A stretch of 64,000 bases of DNA from a virus (taxonomy: Duplodnaviria; Caudoviricetes). The translations under genes were made by a program, and so were the position numbers. Shown in pieces: positions 52,153 through 61,425 of this stretch (position 1 is the stretch's first letter; each line of letters begins with the position of its first letter). A model generated the notes under the pieces. It saw only the letters and a list, made by a program, of their open reading frames with translations, was not told the DNA's origin and did not search any database. The DNA is taken from the IMG/VR virus record IMGVR_UViG_3300005973_000002; one strand, given 5' to 3'.

Positions 52153-52224
52153 TCGGAGTGGAGGGATTCGAACCCCCGACCGCCGGTTCCCAAAACCGGA
52201 GCGCTACCACTGCGCTACACTCCG
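52153..52224 (-). tRNA. tRNA-Pro(TGG)
   Basis: CGGAGTG/CACTCCG, GCGC D-stem, CCGGT-TTTGGGA-ACCGG, T-loop TTCGAAT, A73. Confidence 0.95.
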
Positions 52225-52288
52225 AATATCGGTCTAACTCACCACAATGATAAACTGTATGACAATTTTACCTGTAAGTATTACTACT

Positions 52289-54196
52289 CTACACCGGATA
52301 CTCTCGTATTTGAATAGATTTTGGCCACTCGACAGGATCATCACCTTTTTTACTGTTCAACTTCGACATGGTCAAGCCTGTCAATATCGGCTTAGAACCG
52401 AGCTGTTTTACAAATACTTTAGTTGATGTACCATTGACGCATTTCACCACGTTGTCTGCCCAAATCCAATCAAAAGCTCGGGCTCCTGAACCGCTTTCCC
52501 CGCCCACAACAATCCAATCAAGGTCATTGACCCAAGGAGAAAAGTCAACGGGTGCTAAGGCTGGTTCGTAACTTGCCCAGCGTACTTTTGAAGTAGTTCT
52601 CAACAGAATTGGGATTCTTTTATCTGCTGTTGACTGGTCTTCACAAGACACTCCGAGCCAAACATTGTTCAGCGGCCACGTTTTGTCAACTTTATCAGTT
52701 TCTTTTCGACCGGTAAGCTTTCTAGCCTCATTGGCACAATATTCAGCTGGTGATGGGACTTGCAAGGCAACCCAATCAAACCAATCCTTTGCTCTTTCTG
52801 GTCTTTTTGTTAATACCTGAAAGGTATGCTTTTGTGCAGCTGCCATTACGCCAAAGACAGCAGCAATGTATTCATTAGCGACGCCATGATGAAAGAGATC
52901 ACTCATTGAATTAACGAACACCATTCTTGGCTTAGTCCAACGAATGGGGTCTGCAAGCTTGTCTGGTACAAGCATAATATTGCCATTCCACCTTGGACCC
53001 TTTTTGCCGACGGCAATTAACCCATGGTAAGGCTCTCCAGGCCCAGAAAACCTATGTGCGACCGTTTCCGCATAGCAATTATGCACAGCCATTCCTAATG
53101 CTATGAATGTACCAGAGGTGGTTTGTATATCTACCAAATTGCGTTTACCAATTCGTCTAATCCCATCAAATTTTATTGATTGTTTTGATGGAAATCTTCG
53201 TCCATGAAAGTCAACCGTCTTTCTTTGTAATGCAGGTTGAATTGTAGATAAAAATTGAATTTTATCAGAAATGGTTCCCAGGAGTATTTCACTTTTGTTT
53301 ACTTGCGTAGAATATTGTTCATATTTGGATTTAAATCCCAAATCAGCAATTGCACGATGAGCAATGTTCAATAAATTGTTTTCTTTGGTCTGATTAAATC
53401 TTAGATTTTTGCCACTATAACATCCATCCATATCCAAAAAACCAGCAAGAAACCCAGCTTTCCAATTAAAGTCACTTTCTTCCCGTATTATAATATTCCT
53501 AATTTTTAGGAGATTGTCCATAATCCGAGTTTCAATTTTCAACATGGGAAGGTTGGCTTCCCTGTAAAGAAATGCATCACCTCCATTAAAGGAGCGAATA
53601 TTAATATTTTTACAGCCAAATTCGATCAATGCTTTTTTTAAGCGTTCAAGAATTGGTTTATCTGTTGCCAAAACTGCCACACGACAATAAGATTGAAGAG
53701 TGCCATTTTTCCCAGAACCTTCAATTCTAATTGTGTCGTCGCCACCAACAACTCCAGCAATATATCCTGCCAAATAGGGTTTAGAATTTATATCTGGCAA
53801 CCACTTTGGAAACCCAATACTAGATATTTTTGTGTTTAAATTAATCTTTTCAGCTTTTCTCCAATATGGTCTATGTGGAGATAAAAACAAATGGTCAACA
53901 CTTGATACTATCGTATTAGAACCAAAATATAATTCTACCGCTTCTTTCCTGGTTTTCCAAGTTTTAACAACCGTAGCCTCTTCAAAAACTCTATTTTGTC
54001 CAACTTTAGGATTGTCAGTAAAAGCAATAACTTTATCACCCTCTTTAATCTCGCCAATAGGCACCCAACTCATATCGGACATTAAAACAGGCGTATCTGG
54101 GCCCAGGCAATTTTCGCAACCCTTGGAAACTCTAGAACAGCCTCTCAAAGGATTCCATGTGGCATCAGTCCACTGTATTCCGGTCTTGTTTCCCAT
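52289..54196 (-). CDS. Gp37/Gp68 (DUF5131, radical-SAM-like) protein containing an intein
   Basis: Exteins IQWTDATWNPLRGCSRVSKGCEN and CYAE..., FVNSMSDLFH, HTFQVLTKRPER, NVWLGVS, SYEPAL, WIVVGGESG, FVKQLG; the mature protein is 291 aa. Confidence 0.92.
   Translation of the reverse strand: MGNKTGIQWTDATWNPLRGCSRVSKGCENCLGPDTPVLMSDMSWVPIGEIKEGDKVIAFTDNPKVGQNRVFEEATVVKTWKTRKEAVELYFGSNTIVSSVDHLFLSPHRPYWRKAEKINLNTKISSIGFPKWLPDINSKPYLAGYIAGVVGGDDTIRIEGSGKNGTLQSYCRVAVLATDKPILERLKKALIEFGCKNINIRSFNGGDAFLYREANLPMLKIETRIMDNLLKIRNIIIREESDFNWKAGFLAGFLDMDGCYSGKNLRFNQTKENNLLNIAHRAIADLGFKSKYEQYSTQVNKSEILLGTISDKIQFLSTIQPALQRKTVDFHGRRFPSKQSIKFDGIRRIGKRNLVDIQTTSGTFIALGMAVHNCYAETVAHRFSGPGEPYHGLIAVGKKGPRWNGNIMLVPDKLADPIRWTKPRMVFVNSMSDLFHHGVANEYIAAVFGVMAAAQKHTFQVLTKRPERAKDWFDWVALQVPSPAEYCANEARKLTGRKETDKVDKTWPLNNVWLGVSCEDQSTADKRIPILLRTTSKVRWASYEPALAPVDFSPWVNDLDWIVVGGESGSGARAFDWIWADNVVKCVNGTSTKVFVKQLGSKPILTGLTMSKLNSKKGDDPVEWPKSIQIREYPV
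53078..54109 (-). mobile_element. Intein (344 aa) with a LAGLIDADG homing endonuclease domain
   Basis: Starts CLGPDTPVLM, has VSSVDHLFL and ends LVDIQTTSGTFIALGMAVHN, with Cys at +1. Endonuclease motifs are YIAGVVGGDD and FLAGFLDMDG. Confidence 0.92.
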
Positions 54197-54980
54197 TTAC
54201 TAATTCGTTCGACCAATTTGTCTATTGACCATAGACATCAACTGATTGTACACGCCTGGATCTGGCGGAAGAACCCAGTTTCCTTCTTCATCTACTCTCA
54301 TACAGTTTTCTTCAAAAACTGACCAAACGTCACAGTAATAAACGTCGCCCATTTCGGTGCACATGTCTTCAGCAGTTTGAGCAAAATCATTCACCAAAAA
54401 AACAAGCATGTGTTGCTTGAACATAGCGCATTAAATGTGATGTTTGATGGTCTAATAAACTTAATCTGAAACCACGTTCAAGTTCTGTTGAATGCATTTG
54501 TTCCAGTCTCAACTGCTGAACGTCATTGAACTCTTCAGTTATTCTAATAATTTCTCTATTGTTTTCTTGAATCAATCTCACGGTCTCAATTTGACCTTCA
54601 GCCATTCTAAGTCGCATCGACAATTGATCAACTTGTTCAATGACATATAAACAAAAAAGACATAAAACCATCACTGCTGCTGCTACTAACGCAGTTCGCA
54701 ACCCATCTTTACTGTTATTATAAAGCGATTTTAGGAAACTCATTATGCAAGTGTCTCAACTCTCTCATTAATGCTCAAAACTGCAACTTCACAAGTTCCT
54801 TCACCAAAAACCTTTTCCCAGGATTTTTTTAGATCACGGGCTCTCTTTTTCACTTCCTTGCTGTCAGGGTCATCTGAATATAATACAAAGACACGCTTGG
54901 GGTCAAATACATATTCTACAGCAGGCGAGTAATTGTCAACAGATTCTCCGTTAACAGTAATCATTGATTCTGTGGTCATG

Positions 54981-55733
54981 CTAGGCACTTGTGCTGAATT
55001 GTTTGAGTTCATTTCTTCTCTCCATTTTGTTTAAAATATAAGGTGTCCAACCTCTATATGTGTTACGTTTATTATTTGCCACTTGATTCATCTTTGAAAG
55101 ATGTAAGTTATTTTCTCTGCAAAATTTCGATAAATTTGTAATTGAAACTATTTCTCCATCAGGAGAAACAATCTTATAAGATTTTTGATTTGATTTGATT
55201 GCTGCCAAGTTGGTAACTTTAGATGGTCTTTTGCCCCTATTTGCATTTTTTATTTTTTTTACATGTTCTTTTGATAGACTTCTTCCGGATAGTGCTTTAG
55301 ATATATTGTTTTTATGTTGTTCTGATAGTAATCGACCTTTGAGTGAAGAAGAAATTTTTCTTTTAGTTTCCTCTGATACAACAGTTTTTCTTGAATTAAA
55401 ACTTCCTTCACGTGAAATGGCTTTTTGTCGTAAATTATAGCATTTTTTTCCGGAATCAAAAAATTTATCTAAATATCGCTGTTCTATTTCCAATCTCTTG
55501 TTCAAATCATTCACTTCTTGAAGAACTTCGAAAATAAAAAATTCTGATCCACATTTAGAAAAATCAGATTGAAGAAATCGATTGCCATGCTTCCCCAAAA
55601 GAAGAGCATGTTTATGTTTATAGGCTCTTGTTTTAAAAGATTTACAAGAACCATAATAAACTCTATGGTTCTTACGGTTAAAAATTCTATAAACCCCACC
55701 TTTATTGGAACAACCGTTATATATTAACTTCAT
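54981..55733 (-). mobile_element. Free-standing GIY-YIG homing endonuclease with NUMOD3 repeats
   Basis: GVYRI...VYYGS...R...H...EQRYLD...YN, followed by SEETKRKIS, SEQHKNNIS and SKEHVKKI. Confidence 0.87.
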
Positions 55734-55769
55734 ATAAAAATTGTGGGTACTGCTGGTTATTTTGTCTAA

Positions 55770-56210
55770 CTATTCAATATTTATCCGCTTTAATTCAGCT
55801 CTGCGCTCCATGAGTAAAATTCCTAACCAATTCTTACCCTGACCTGTCTTATTGTCTACTCCCCAAAATTGATCATGCCACGTATTTCCCTCAATCAAAA
55901 TGGCTGGTTCGGTAGCAATTAGCATTTCGGCAAAAATCGATCCTTCGGCAAACTTAAGTCTAAGTCCCTCTCTCATCACATGTATTTTTACAGATTCCCA
56001 ATCCTTGCGCAAATCTAGAGATTTTCCAGCTCGCTTTGCAGCTCCTGGGGATTTAAGAGAGGCAATGCGCTTTCTTTCGCTGTGTGAGTTTGTCTTCATT
56101 GCTTGATAAAAGTGCTCATTTGTTGCATAGACAATTCCATCATGAATGAAGGGGCTTTCATAGAAATTTGAAAGAAAGCTAAAGTCATCAGTAAAACTGT
56201 CGATTTTCAT
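55770..56210 (-). CDS. NADAR (YbiA-like) family hydrolase
   Basis: FLSNFY, EHFYQAMK, AKRAG, DWESVK, IEGNTWHDQFWG, GKNWLGILLM. Confidence 0.93.
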   Translation of the reverse strand: MKIDSFTDDFSFLSNFYESPFIHDGIVYATNEHFYQAMKTNSHSERKRIASLKSPGAAKRAGKSLDLRKDWESVKIHVMREGLRLKFAEGSIFAEMLIATEPAILIEGNTWHDQFWGVDNKTGQGKNWLGILLMERRAELKRINIE

Positions 56211-56530
56211 CTGACATTTGCCCTTCGTGTCTTATTCCGACGCCTTTTTTGTTTTGAAACCCAGGTTGTAAAGTTTACAACTTTTGGATGTGTCATTAAA
56301 AGCTCTAGCGTATTGTATTCTTTGCCAAGATCCTTTTCGGTAATAAAGTCGTGAAGTGCTTCGTGGCAATCTTCACATATGTCTACACCACGATTCAACT
56401 CTTCCTTTGAGTACCTTTTCTGATACCATTTCTTAGAATGAAGAGTTCGTGGAATCAGGTGATGAAAAGTAAGACATGTCTCTTCACGAGAACACATCGG
56501 ACAAGTTCCAATTTTATTGATTGTTACCAT
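56207..56530 (-). CDS. HNH-family nuclease-like protein
   Basis: CPMC...TFHHLIP...ICEDCHEALH. Confidence 0.75.
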   Translation of the reverse strand: MVTINKIGTCPMCSREETCLTFHHLIPRTLHSKKWYQKRYSKEELNRGVDICEDCHEALHDFITEKDLGKEYNTLELLMTHPKVVNFTTWVSKQKRRRNKTRRANVR

Positions 56531-56806
56531 TGTTTTGATATAGAGATTCTATTCTATAAGAGGCAATTTTCATCCCAGAATGTTCAACCAACCTCATAAA
56601 GATATGCAATGCATGGTTTTCATTTTCAGCATCGATTACAGCTTCGTGTGATTCTTCAGCACCTTTTGTATGTTGATCCTGTTTTACTGCCCACCGATTT
56701 GAAATGTCAGTAAGTGGCCTAAAAATAATTTTATACTTCATCTTATCCCAAAGCGCCAAACGGCATTTTTAATAACTACATTCGAACCTGTCTTTAGCTA
56801 TTTTAG

Positions 56807-56926
56807 CTCCAGAGGAGGGATTCGAACCCCCGACTAATCAGCTATCTTTGAAACCATCGGATTCGCATTGCAACAAGCTTTATCCGATTCCCACAACCGA
56901 TCGCTCTACCATTGAGCTACTCTAGA
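56807..56926 (-). tRNA. tRNA-Asn-type body with a 48-nt insertion in the anticodon loop
   Basis: TCTAGAG/CTCTGGA, G73, GCTC/GAGC D arm, ATCGG/CTGAT stem, GGGGG-TTCGAAT-CCCTC. The loop is 55 nt instead of 7. Confidence 0.82.
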
Positions 56927-57045
56927 ACGACCAGAATCAGCAGACCTGTGGAGTCTCCAATGACCTGGCCTAGTCGCATTCCTCAGTCCACAATAAAGGT
57001 CTGCGAGTAGATTTTTACTTTAGAAAGAACAGACGCAAATGTTTG

Positions 57046-58452
57046 CTATAAACATGGATTAACAATAATATCTTCAAGTCTTTCAACCATAACCGCTGGG
57101 TCTGTAGAAATTAGATGAAAGGTAGCACAATCATCAAAATCTGTGTTGTTAACTGATGCCCCAAAGACTGTCAATGATTCTCCGTGCGTAAACGAATTAC
57201 ACATTTCCATTTCACGTACTTCTGACAAACCTCTTGTAGAACTTCTATATGTTTGCCCTCTTTCATCAGTAAACATTATCATAATGCGAATTGAACCTTC
57301 CCGCCAAGATAAACCTCTTCTGGTGGGTGAGAGCATATCAGCTATACCATCACCATTTGAATCAATACCGTGTTCAATTTCACCAGTTGCGCTTTCATAA
57401 ACTGCATCCCAAGTTGGCTCCTGTGCACCACCATCAGCATCCAAACTAGATAGCCTACTATTAAAGCTAGTGAAATCAGAAAAATCAAGTTCTACAAATG
57501 CTCTTCTGTCTAATGCGCCTCGGCCAGAAATAAGAACCAATGCAAACCTAAATTCGGGATTTCCTGCATACAGTGCTGAAAAAGTTGTTGTTGCTTCACG
57601 AACAGCTGCAATTGTAGAAGACATTGAACCAGAAATATCGATCAAATAAAGAATGTCAAAACCATTTGGTTCTATTGTTATACACACCCCATCTTCATAA
57701 GCACCATCAATGCATCCATCACAATCATCGTCGACCCTATTACAGGCAAGCAAACCAACTTCTGGCACCGGCGGAATTTCACCATCGCATTCAGACCAAG
57801 TTCCTCCGGTTTCACAAACTTGACGTCCTTTTCGACAAGGTGAGATAATCGAATCTATATTAGGCCCAGAATAGCACCATTGTGATAAAGGCCCTGTGGA
57901 ATCACTATTTTCATCTACCTCACCATCACAATCATTGTCAATGTCATCACAATCTTCTGGAACGCAATTTAAAAAAGTACAAGAGCCTTCAATGCATGCA
58001 AATCCTCTTGGACACATATCATCAAATTCACAAATATCTACACAATAGCCATTGCCTGTAATGGAATCAGTGATACATTCTTGCTCACCAGAACTTTCTT
58101 CATTGTTGCAGTCTTGAGTATTTTCGCATTCAGTAAAACGATCTGATCTGACGCAAGAACCCATACGGCAGTCTGCACCTTCACCACATGGTGGCCCGTT
58201 ACCACATCTGCAAGAGCCATCTATGCATTGGTCAGAATCCATAATCGGACAAAAATTTCCACAACCCCCGCAATTTCTGAAATCAGTTCTTAGTCTAGCA
58301 AGATCATCACTTTCACACGGGGGTCCAGCATCCGTGTCTGTTATAGACATCAATCCAGAATCAGAGAGTGGCGGTATTAGTGGTATTCCTTCTTGGTTGG
58401 AACACGCAAACAAACCAATGCAAAACACACTTAAAACCGCTACTTTTTTCAT
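57046..58452 (-). CDS. Lipoprotein with myxobacterial-type Cys-rich repeats and a C-terminal vWA domain
   Basis: Lipobox GLFAC; NCGGCGNFC; EDCDDIDNDCDGEVDE and CNRVDDDCDGCID repeats; MIDAS LIDISGSMS; FTDERG. Confidence 0.85.
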   Translation of the reverse strand: MKKVAVLSVFCIGLFACSNQEGIPLIPPLSDSGLMSITDTDAGPPCESDDLARLRTDFRNCGGCGNFCPIMDSDQCIDGSCRCGNGPPCGEGADCRMGSCVRSDRFTECENTQDCNNEESSGEQECITDSITGNGYCVDICEFDDMCPRGFACIEGSCTFLNCVPEDCDDIDNDCDGEVDENSDSTGPLSQWCYSGPNIDSIISPCRKGRQVCETGGTWSECDGEIPPVPEVGLLACNRVDDDCDGCIDGAYEDGVCITIEPNGFDILYLIDISGSMSSTIAAVREATTTFSALYAGNPEFRFALVLISGRGALDRRAFVELDFSDFTSFNSRLSSLDADGGAQEPTWDAVYESATGEIEHGIDSNGDGIADMLSPTRRGLSWREGSIRIMIMFTDERGQTYRSSTRGLSEVREMEMCNSFTHGESLTVFGASVNNTDFDDCATFHLISTDPAVMVERLEDIIVNPCL

Positions 58453-58523
58453 GTAAGCTCCTGTTTATTACACCTTACCAGATAATCAATTCTAATTCAA
58501 CAGAAAAAATTATTAAATAATCC

Positions 58524-59321
58524 TTACTCAAGATCCTCTGAGTTTCTCAGAGTTTGATTACGTTGTGTTAACACCTCACAACCTTCATCTGTAACAAGAA
58601 TGGTATGCTCAAATTGAGCTGAAAGACTGCCATCTAAAGTTAAAACCGTCCATCCATCTGATGCAATGAAGCATCCATCATTGCCCATGTTTACAATGGG
58701 TTCAATTGTGAAAATCATGCCCGGCTTAAGAACTTCTCCGAGGCCAGGTGTCCCAAAATGAAAAATAGACGGTTTACTGTGAAATTCTCGACCCACTCCG
58801 TGCCCAACAAATTCTTTTACAACTTTAAAACCTTTAGAAGTAACATGCGTTTCAATCGCATGACCAATATGCCCAACAGTAATTCCAGGTTTTACAATCT
58901 CGATAGCCTTCTTGAGGCTTTCACGGGTCGTTTCAACAAGTAGCCTTGCCTCTTGAGAAGGCGTGCCAACATAAAACATAGCACTGCTATCACCATGAAA
59001 TCCTCCATTTTTTGGAAAAAAAACGGAGACATCTACATTAATAATGTCACCATTTTCTAGTTTTTCTTTAGTGCTTGGTATTCCATGACAAGCAACTTCG
59101 TTACGACTGGTACATACGCTCTTAGGGAAGCCCTTATAATTCAAGGGAGATGGATAAGCGCCATTACTTGTAATAAACTCATGCACCAAAACATTTATAT
59201 CTTCTGTAGTGATCCCTGGTTGGATGTGTTCGCCAACCAAAACGAGAGTTTCTGCTGTTAATCGGCAAGACTCTCTCATTAATACCATTTCTTCTTTGTT
59301 TAAAGGTAGCACATTACCCAC
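58524..59321 (-). CDS. map: Methionine aminopeptidase (type I)
   Basis: YKGFPKSVCTS, CHGIP, GDIINVD, HGDSS, GHGVG, FH, FTIEP, AQFEHT. Confidence 0.97.
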   Translation of the reverse strand: MGNVLPLNKEEMVLMRESCRLTAETLVLVGEHIQPGITTEDINVLVHEFITSNGAYPSPLNYKGFPKSVCTSRNEVACHGIPSTKEKLENGDIINVDVSVFFPKNGGFHGDSSAMFYVGTPSQEARLLVETTRESLKKAIEIVKPGITVGHIGHAIETHVTSKGFKVVKEFVGHGVGREFHSKPSIFHFGTPGLGEVLKPGMIFTIEPIVNMGNDGCFIASDGWTVLTLDGSLSAQFEHTILVTDEGCEVLTQRNQTLRNSEDLE

Positions 59322-59471
59322 CGTGTGTTATTAACAATTTTAGACCAACTTTTCAGTGTCAAGGAAACACCTATAAGGTTACTTTACTTTTAAGGTGTTG
59401 GTCAATATCACTCAAGTATCAACACTAGAGCAAATTATGTAAAGCCACCTAGGTGGCTTCATTGTTGCTTC

Positions 59472-59552
59472 ACAAAGAACTCGGATTCGAACCGAGAATA
59501 CCTTTACAGGCGGCGCAAGTTGCGAAGTGTATACCATTTCCACCATTCTTTG
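59472..59552 (-). tRNA. Type II tRNA-like RNA with a collapsed anticodon arm
   Basis: Perfect CAAAGAA/TTCTTTG acceptor, GGTGGAAATGGTATACAC D region, GCCT-GTAA-AGGT variable arm, CTCGG-TTCGAAT-CCGAG. The anticodon arm is only CGCA-ACT-TGCG. Confidence 0.7.
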
Positions 59553-60609
59553 GAGAGGCAAACAAAGTCTAGGTCCAGACCAACTTACCTTTCTTTCCAT
59601 TGTGAAAAAGAGTCAAGCCTCCTTGGTCTCTAAAGCACCCATAGGACTGTCCACGAGAAGTCATAACAGCTTCGAAATGGATAAGGTACAATCCATCTAG
59701 TACAAAAACCTCCCGCCCTTCTAGGGCGGCATCAAGCAATTGTTCAGCGAGACTTATGTCATACATTGCTTTTGTCGTTACCATATTCATTTTTTCGAGC
59801 TTTCATCATTGTTTCGGTTTTAATTTGGGCAATAACCGTATCCAACTCATCTGCAAGTTTGCGTAGCTTTTCTGGTGTTATTTCCACTCCACCCAGGTGG
59901 AACTTGGCTGCGTTGTGGTATGAATTCAATTCCAACTGCTGGGTGGTATTTAATCCCCTAAAAACACCATCGCCATTATCCCAAAAGTCAGTAACCAACG
60001 AAAAAGCTTCGCCGCCATTGTCTTTTTCATTAAAGGTAAATACATGACGAGCAAGATGTTTTTTATCAGAACTCATTTATTCATCCTTATCCTTGTAAAT
60101 TCGATTTTTTATTGCAAATTGCGGGGTTAGCCAAAATCTTGAGTCTGGCTTTGTTGCTATTTTACTTTCATTTGGATGGTAAGCTCGGCCATGCAATGGT
60201 TGAAAGCAGGGTTTTTCACAATACACACAAGTTGTATTTCCGAAACTTTTTCCAATAGCCTTAGAACATAACTTTGTCACAAATTTTCCTTTGCATGGGT
60301 TTCAAAGTATTCAATTACATGCCCGGTAACAACATTTCCATTTTCAGGGTTGATAGCCAAAGAAACGAGGTCTTCCATGTATTGCTCCGGAATGTAAAAT
60401 TGAAAAATCGTATATGATTTCTTATTTTCTAGTTGATATGACCGAATTTCTTCTAGAAGATCATTGATATTTTTTCTAGGAACAGCAAACCAAATTTTGG
60501 TTTGATCAAATTCAACTATCAATTGGTCAGATGGATCAATCGCATAAGGAAATTCAAAATCTTCACTAAATGTTGCAGACCAAAACTTTTGCATAATATT
60601 TCTCCCGAG

Positions 60610-60681
60610 TGGGTTGCCTGGGATTCAAACCCAGAACCAACATTTTAAGAGACTGTTGCACTACCATTGTAGTGACCACCC
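60610..60681 (-). pseudogene. Degenerate tRNA-Lys(CTT)
   Basis: Loop CT-CTT-AA; T-loop TTTGAAT (C56 lost); C at position 8; mismatches in the acceptor and anticodon stems. Confidence 0.65.
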
Positions 60682-60712
60682 AAAAAGCAACGGTCCTATT
60701 ATAGGACCGTTG
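60682..60712 (-). terminator. Terminator-like hairpin
   Basis: CAACGGTCCTA-3 nt-TAGGACCGTTG (11 bp) followed by a T-run on the minus strand. Confidence 0.75.
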
Positions 60713-60920
60713 GGTTAAAATAATAACTTTAAAAATAAACTAAGTGCGGATTCAATAATATAATAATAAACTTGGGATTTCTCGTCTTGCCGGCCATAAC
60801 GCCCCGCACGGCGAATTTTCGGGTTAGCAACGATACTATCCTGCGTCTACAAAACAAAGTTTGCAGATATTTCTACGTTACCATATGTGTTCGGGTTTAT
60901 AAACTCGGTTTGGTTTTGGT

Positions 60921-60991
60921 TTGACCCTGGGATTCGAACCCTCAGTCTCCCGATGTTATGTCGGGCGTTCTACCGTTGAACTAAACGGGTC
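60921..60991 (-). pseudogene. Degenerate tRNA with a non-canonical anticodon loop and a deletion in the T/acceptor 3' strand
   Basis: GTTC/GAAC D arm, CCCGA-CATAACA-TCGGG, GAGGG-TTCGAAT-CCC then AGGGTC (about 5 nt missing). Confidence 0.65.
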
Positions 60992-61008
60992 AAAACTTGA
61001 GCTAAGTT

Positions 61009-61083
61009 TGGAGCGGGTAGGGGGAATCGAACCCCTCGTCATCTGGTTGGAAGCCAGAAGCTCTACCATTGAGCTATACCCGC
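61009..61083 (-). tRNA. tRNA-Gly(TCC) with encoded CCA
   Basis: GCGGGTA/TACCCGC, U73, TCTGG-CTTCCAA-CCAGA. Confidence 0.95.
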
Positions 61084-61084
61084 A

Positions 61085-61425
61085 TTAAATCAGTATCGTT
61101 AAATACTTTGCGTTGTCTTTGTCTATTTGACTTTTGTGAAAAAGTATTAGCTTTTCTTCATACAGAAAAGAATATGACTCAATAACTTTTTTAAGTGATT
61201 TTGACACTACTGTCTCATAGTAATGAATTCCAACATACACTAACAATGACTCATCTGGAATGGAAATCATCCCGAATCATAACCTTCACTGCTGACTTCA
61301 TCATTATTATTTCTGGGGATTTGAACGGAAGTATCACGAGCCAGAAATGGCGACAAACTGTCATTAGATTTTCTAGAGGTTTTTCGTTCTAGATGATATA
61401 CCTTGCCGGGAATTAGTTTTACCAC
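61085..61425 (-). CDS. Small beta-barrel family member interrupted by a -1 frameshift
   Basis: GTG start KLIPGKVYHL joins MISIPDESLLVYVG...FLYEEKL if one base is added near the run at 61271-61273; the span is 341 nt = 3n-1. Confidence 0.5.

Noticed and set aside
56940-57004. Hammerhead ribozyme (CTGAGGA present)
   Set aside because: The GAAA core reads GAGA, and no consistent stem III plus cleavage triplet plus stem I can be built.
59442-59459. 18-bp perfect palindrome AAGCCACCTAGGTGGCTT as an operator or att site
   Set aside because: It is a single occurrence just downstream of a tRNA-like gene and is most simply a terminator-type hairpin.
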